Below, piece after piece: positions 16,000-20,000 of a DNA stretch of 20,000 bases. The notes under the pieces are model-generated. The model ran no database searches, had not been told where the DNA came from, and worked only from the letters and a program-made list of their open reading frames with translations. The stretch comes from an uncultured virus (IMG/VR IMGVR_UViG_3300044629_000710) (taxonomy: Duplodnaviria; Heunggongvirae; Uroviricota; Caudoviricetes), in the IMG/VR virus record IMGVR_UViG_3300044629_000710; one strand, given 5' to 3'. The number at the start of each line of letters is the position of its first letter. Position 1 is the first letter of the stretch. The translations under genes and the position numbers were made by a program.

Positions 16000-17665
16000 T
16001 CATCAGACATATCTGGGCAACCCCCTGCTCAAGGGGAGTCATGTCCAGATGGAGTTCACGAAAGAGCAACTGGCGGAGTACATCAAGTGCTCGGAAGACC
16101 CGATCTACTTCGCCGAGAAGTACATGAAGATCGTGACGGTGGACGAGGGTCTCGTCCCTCTCATGTTATATGACTTCCAGAAGGACATCATGCGGTCGGT
16201 GTTTGACAACCGCTTCACCATCTGCAAGATCCCCCGACAGAGCGGCAAGACCACCGTCCTCCTTGCCTGCATCCTCCACCTCGTCCTGTTCAACCCGAAC
16301 TACCGAGCCGCCATTCTTGCCAACAAGTTGAAGACGGCGACGGGCATCATGGACCGCGTGAAGGTCGCCTACGAGAACCTGCCCAAGTGGCTCCAGCAGG
16401 GCATCGTGGAGTGGAACAAGACCAGCGTGCAACTGGAGAACGGGTCCAGCATCGTCTGCTCGTCAACCTCCTCCAGTGCCGTCCGTGGCTCGTCCTACAA
16501 CTTCCTGCTCCTTGACGAGTTCGCGTTCGTCCCCGACCAGATCGCCGAGGAGTTCTTCTCGTCGGTCTATCCGACCATCACCTCCGGTCAGACATCCAAG
16601 ACGGTCATCGTGTCCACCCCCAACGGGCTGAACATGTTCTACAAGATGTGGACCAACGCCAAGAACAAGAAGTCCGAGTTCGTCCCCATAGAGGCATTCT
16701 GGTGGCAGGTTCCGGGACGGGACGAGAAGTTCAAGCAGATGACCATCGCCAATACCAGCGAGCGGCAGTGGATCTCGGAATATGAGTGCCAGTTCCTCGG
16801 TTCGCAGGAGACGCTGGTCAAGCCGTCCAAGATCGGCTCGTTGGTCTTCCAGACACCCCTGCGCGAGAGCGAGGACGGGCTGGCGGTCTATGAGACAGCC
16901 ATTCCCGGACACATCTACACCGCCTGTGTGGACACCAGCCGTGCCATCGGGCTGGACTACCATGCCATGACGGTGGTTGATGTGACCTCTCTTCCCTATC
17001 GGGTGGTGGCAAGATATCGCAACAATACCCTCCCGTCGCCCATCCTCCCCAACCTGATCCGGTCGGTGGTCAGTAAGTATAACGAAGCATATGTGCTTGT
17101 GGAGATCAATGACACCGGACAGCAAGTTGCCGACATTCTCAAGGATGAGTTGGAGTATGACAATGTAATCAGCATCTCCATCAAAGGCAAGAAGGGGCAG
17201 AAGGTCGGAGAGGGATTCGGGGGAGGAAGGATTCACAGCGGCATCAAGATGAGCAGTCAGGTCAAGAAGATGGGCTGTGCCGTGTTCAAGGAGATGGTGG
17301 AGACCGACAAGATCATCCTCAACGACTTTGACATCATTGCCGAACTCAGCACCTACATCCTCAAGTCCGGCTCGTACGAGGCGAGCGAGGGCTACAACGA
17401 CGACCTGATGGCGACCCTCATCATGTTCGGCTGGCTGACCACGCAGGAGTACTTCAAGGAACTGGTCAGCCTTGATGTCCGCAAGCGGCTTTTTGAGGAG
17501 AAACTGCGGAAACTGGAGGACGAGTTGACCCCCTTCGGCTTCTTCGGGGGAGCCGATGATGATTTTGAGGAAGCCTCCAAGGAACTGGCTAGGGAGAGGG
17601 AAGTGTCGGAAAGGTCCAGAAGAAGGGACCGGTCGTGGATGGACGATGCCGACGAGATTCTCTGA
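15992..17665 (+). CDS. gp17: Terminase large subunit
   Basis: YLGNPLLK, Walker A IPRQSGKTT, Walker B FLLLDEFAF, IVSTPNG, nuclease motifs CVDTSR and GYNDDLM. Start ATG 15992 follows GAGGAG (ORF track start 15968). No intein or intron evident. Confidence 0.97.
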   Translation: MADHQTYLGNPLLKGSHVQMEFTKEQLAEYIKCSEDPIYFAEKYMKIVTVDEGLVPLMLYDFQKDIMRSVFDNRFTICKIPRQSGKTTVLLACILHLVLFNPNYRAAILANKLKTATGIMDRVKVAYENLPKWLQQGIVEWNKTSVQLENGSSIVCSSTSSSAVRGSSYNFLLLDEFAFVPDQIAEEFFSSVYPTITSGQTSKTVIVSTPNGLNMFYKMWTNAKNKKSEFVPIEAFWWQVPGRDEKFKQMTIANTSERQWISEYECQFLGSQETLVKPSKIGSLVFQTPLRESEDGLAVYETAIPGHIYTACVDTSRAIGLDYHAMTVVDVTSLPYRVVARYRNNTLPSPILPNLIRSVVSKYNEAYVLVEINDTGQQVADILKDELEYDNVISISIKGKKGQKVGEGFGGGRIHSGIKMSSQVKKMGCAVFKEMVETDKIILNDFDIIAELSTYILKSGSYEASEGYNDDLMATLIMFGWLTTQEYFKELVSLDVRKRLFEEKLRKLEDELTPFGFFGGADDDFEEASKELAREREVSERSRRRDRSWMDDADEIL

Positions 17666-17677
17666 AAGTGGGCAATG

Positions 17678-17692
17678 ATAAATACACTCGTC
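17678..17692 (+). promoter_or_regulatory. Putative late promoter of gp18 (ATAAATACACTCGTC)
   Basis: Intergenic and the closest match to T4 TATAAATA in the window. Followed by SD AAGGAG. Confidence 0.8.
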
Positions 17693-17718
17693 TATCCATA
17701 CTTCAAGGAGATTGAGCA

Positions 17719-19602
17719 ATGGCATTCCAACTCTCGCCCGGCGTAAATGTCACGGAAAAGGATCTTACCACGATTGTCCCTGCGGTCGCAACGACCCGTG
17801 CAGGCTTCGCGGGTGTCTTCAACTGGGGTCCGGTCAACAAGCGAGTCCTCGTTGACTCGGAGAATAACCTCGTCTCCCTCTATGGAACCCCCGACGATGA
17901 CTGTGCCGAGTGGTGGTTCTGTGCCGCCAACTTCCTCGGGTACGGCAACAACCTTCAGGTGGTCCGGTGCAAGGTCGGTGATGACATGACCAATGCCAAC
18001 CCCTTCGGTCAGGTTGGAGCGACTTCCTATGTCCCCAACGATGACTATAACGACAGCAAAGCAGCCGCAACGGTCGGTGGCTTCATCGCCAAGTATCCCG
18101 GTTCGCTCGGAAACAGCCTTGAGGTTCAGGTTTGTGGTTCAAACACCTTTCTTGGAATCACCGCCGCTTCGGGTCATACAATGGGTGGACTGACCGCGTA
18201 CGGCACCAAGTTCTCAAACTGGACATATTCTAATGAATTCAACTCTGCCCCAAGCACATCCTCGGTTCTCGGTGCTCTTGGTGGAACCGGAGATGAGTTC
18301 CATCTCGTCGTGATTGACCGAGGTGGTCTCTTCAGTGGAACCAAGGGAACCATTCTTGAGAAGTTTGAGGGACTGTCCGTCATTGATAACATCACCGATT
18401 CGCTCGGCAACAGCCTCAACTACCGCGACAGGGTGAACAATAACTCTGCCTATGTCCTCGCTACCAAGCGAACAGGCAACTCTTACAGCGATCTCTTCAC
18501 CGGCGGAACTGGAGCGCAGCAGTTCTACAGTTCGGGATCAGTCAGTGGAACCACTGGCTGGAACACTCCATTCAAGAACAACGAGGTCGGAGTTACAGGA
18601 AACAACCCGTCTTTCGGGGTTGGTGTGTATATTCTCAAAAACGGCAATGACGGGTTCACCGCCGGATTCTCCCCCGACTACAAGGACATCGTCCTGGGTC
18701 AGGATGCATCCGAAGGTGAAGAAGGCTACTACCTCTTCCGTGATGCCGACACCGTGGATGTCAACCTTCTCATCGGTGGACCGGAGCCGGTTGCAAGCAC
18801 CAGCAACGCGACCAACGCAGAATGGGTCGGATCGTCGCTCAAGGACATCGCCGATGCTCGCAAGGACTGCGTCCTCTTCCTATCCTGCCCTGTCAAGAAT
18901 CCCCTTGAGACCGAGCAGAATAAGTTGGACCGCTGCCTGACCTACCGCAACTCCATCGGTTCCTCGTCGTACACCTTCATTGACAGCGGTTACAAGTACC
19001 AGTACGACATCTACAACGACACATATCGCTGGATTCCGCTGAACGGCGACATTGCAGGCATCGCTGTCCGTTCGGATGTGAACTTTGACCCGTGGTGGTC
19101 ACCGGCAGGGTTCAATCGCGGTCAGGTCCGCGGTGTGGTCAAGTTGGCCTACAACCCACGGCAGTCGGCACGGGACGATTTGTACAAGAACAACATCAAT
19201 CCCGTGGTCACCTTCCCCGGCGAAGGAACGGTCCTCTACGGAGACAAGACCGCCCAGACCAAGCCCTCGGCGTTTGACCGCATCAATGTCCGCCGCCTCT
19301 TCATCGTGCTTGAGAAGGCAATCGCGACCGCTGCCAAGTACAGCCTCTTTGAGTTCAATGATGCCTTCACTCGGGCACAGTTCCGCTCGCTGGTGGATCC
19401 GTTCCTCCGCGACATTCAGGCTCGTCGGGGCATCTTTGAGTACAAGGTTGTCTGTGACGAGAAGAACAACACCCCGACCGTCATTGACAGCAACCGTTTC
19501 GTTGCGGACATCTACATCAAGCCGACCCGCAGCATCAACTTCATCCAGTTGAACTTCATCGCCACCAAGACCGGCGTGTCGTTCAGCGAGGTGGGTGCCT
19601 GA
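17719..19602 (+). CDS. gp18: Contractile tail sheath protein
   Basis: MAFQLSPGVNVTEKDLT, F.WGP, ANFL.YGNNL.VVR, WWSPAGFNRG, INPVVTFPG, SAFDRINVRRLF, YIKPTRSINFIQLNFIATKTGVSFSEV. Confidence 0.98.
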   Translation: MAFQLSPGVNVTEKDLTTIVPAVATTRAGFAGVFNWGPVNKRVLVDSENNLVSLYGTPDDDCAEWWFCAANFLGYGNNLQVVRCKVGDDMTNANPFGQVGATSYVPNDDYNDSKAAATVGGFIAKYPGSLGNSLEVQVCGSNTFLGITAASGHTMGGLTAYGTKFSNWTYSNEFNSAPSTSSVLGALGGTGDEFHLVVIDRGGLFSGTKGTILEKFEGLSVIDNITDSLGNSLNYRDRVNNNSAYVLATKRTGNSYSDLFTGGTGAQQFYSSGSVSGTTGWNTPFKNNEVGVTGNNPSFGVGVYILKNGNDGFTAGFSPDYKDIVLGQDASEGEEGYYLFRDADTVDVNLLIGGPEPVASTSNATNAEWVGSSLKDIADARKDCVLFLSCPVKNPLETEQNKLDRCLTYRNSIGSSSYTFIDSGYKYQYDIYNDTYRWIPLNGDIAGIAVRSDVNFDPWWSPAGFNRGQVRGVVKLAYNPRQSARDDLYKNNINPVVTFPGEGTVLYGDKTAQTKPSAFDRINVRRLFIVLEKAIATAAKYSLFEFNDAFTRAQFRSLVDPFLRDIQARRGIFEYKVVCDEKNNTPTVIDSNRFVADIYIKPTRSINFIQLNFIATKTGVSFSEVGA

Positions 19603-19622
19603 TTCGTCATGCAGGAAGCCCT

Positions 19623-19630
19623 CTAAATAC
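19623..19630 (+). promoter_or_regulatory. Putative late promoter of the tail tube gene (CTAAATAC)
   Basis: Intergenic, about 20 nt before ATG 19651 and followed by SD AAAAGGAG. Confidence 0.75.
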
Positions 19631-19650
19631 GGTAAAAGGAGTCCTAGCAC

Positions 19651-20000
19651 ATGTCACAGTTCAGCATTGACGCTTTCAGAGCCAACCTCATCAACGGTCT
19701 GGCCCGCAACAACCTCTTCCTCATTCAGGGGAACTTCCCCGGTGCGAACACCAGTTCCATTCAGGGAGCCGCTGCCGTCGCCGGAGCACTTTTCGGCGGG
19801 GCTGTGTCGGGTGCCATCAATGCCGTAGCAGCCGCTGCGGGTGGTGGAAATCCGAGTGCTCAGGTGTCGTTCCTCTGCAAGGCATCCAAGTTGCCGGTAT
19901 CCACCATCAACATCAACAACGCCATGTACATGGGTCGCCAGTTCAAGTATCCGGGTGACCGCTCGTTCGCCGACTGGTCGGTGACCTGCTATAACGACGG
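19651..20000 (+). CDS. gp19: Tail tube protein (T4 gp19 family), 3'-truncated; absent from the ORF track
   Basis: Manual translation gives MSQFSIDAFRANLINGLARNNLFLIQ...VSFLCKASKLPVSTI...YMGRQFKYPGDRSFADWSVTCYND, matching gp19 motifs (ARPNLF, F.CKA..LP, GDRTF.DW.VTV.ND). It follows gp18. Confidence 0.9.
   Translation, partial: MSQFSIDAFRANLINGLARNNLFLIQGNFPGANTSSIQGAAAVAGALFGGAVSGAINAVAAAAGGGNPSAQVSFLCKASKLPVSTININNAMYMGRQFKYPGDRSFADWSVTCYND

Noticed and set aside
15992..17665. Intein, intron or homing endonuclease in the terminase
   Set aside because: Length (about 557 aa) and motif spacing are continuous with no insertion.
16463..17725. 420-aa minus-strand ORF
   Set aside because: Antisense to gp17, with the L/V/D/E/H-rich composition typical of mirror frames.
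19595..19828. 77-aa + strand ORF from the track
   Set aside because: Out of frame with the real tail tube gene starting at 19651, which has an SD, a promoter and family motifs.
1..20000. tRNA, CRISPR array or stop-codon reassignment
   Set aside because: Intergenic gaps are under about 70 nt, there are no spaced direct repeats, and all conserved genes read full length in the standard code.

Overview
A 20 kb, roughly 57-58% GC (estimated by eye) stretch of the virion morphogenesis module of a T4-like myovirus, with cyanophage-like gene order. All credible genes are on the + strand: a 5'-truncated large structural protein, a small coiled-coil protein, three fibre/adhesin proteins (tail-collar, C1q-like, collagen and beta-helix-like modules), a small structural protein, a GT2+TPR glycosyltransferase inside the fibre cluster, a hypothetical gene, then gp13-gp14-gp15-gp16-gp17-gp18-gp19 (gp19 runs off the 3' end). 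Six (C/A)TAAATA late-promoter-like motifs lie just upstream of gene starts. The two main observations are: (1) a candidate virion-protein O-glycosylation system, made of a GmaR/SunS-type glycosyltransferase that shares an identical 14-bp promoter segment with the tail sheath gene, plus a G-X-T-[G/A/S] motif enriched in variable parts of the sheath, fibres and gp15; (2) near-total avoidance of ACGT, AGCT and TCGA, visible as context-dependent synonymous codon switching. All counts were made by eye and no database search was run.
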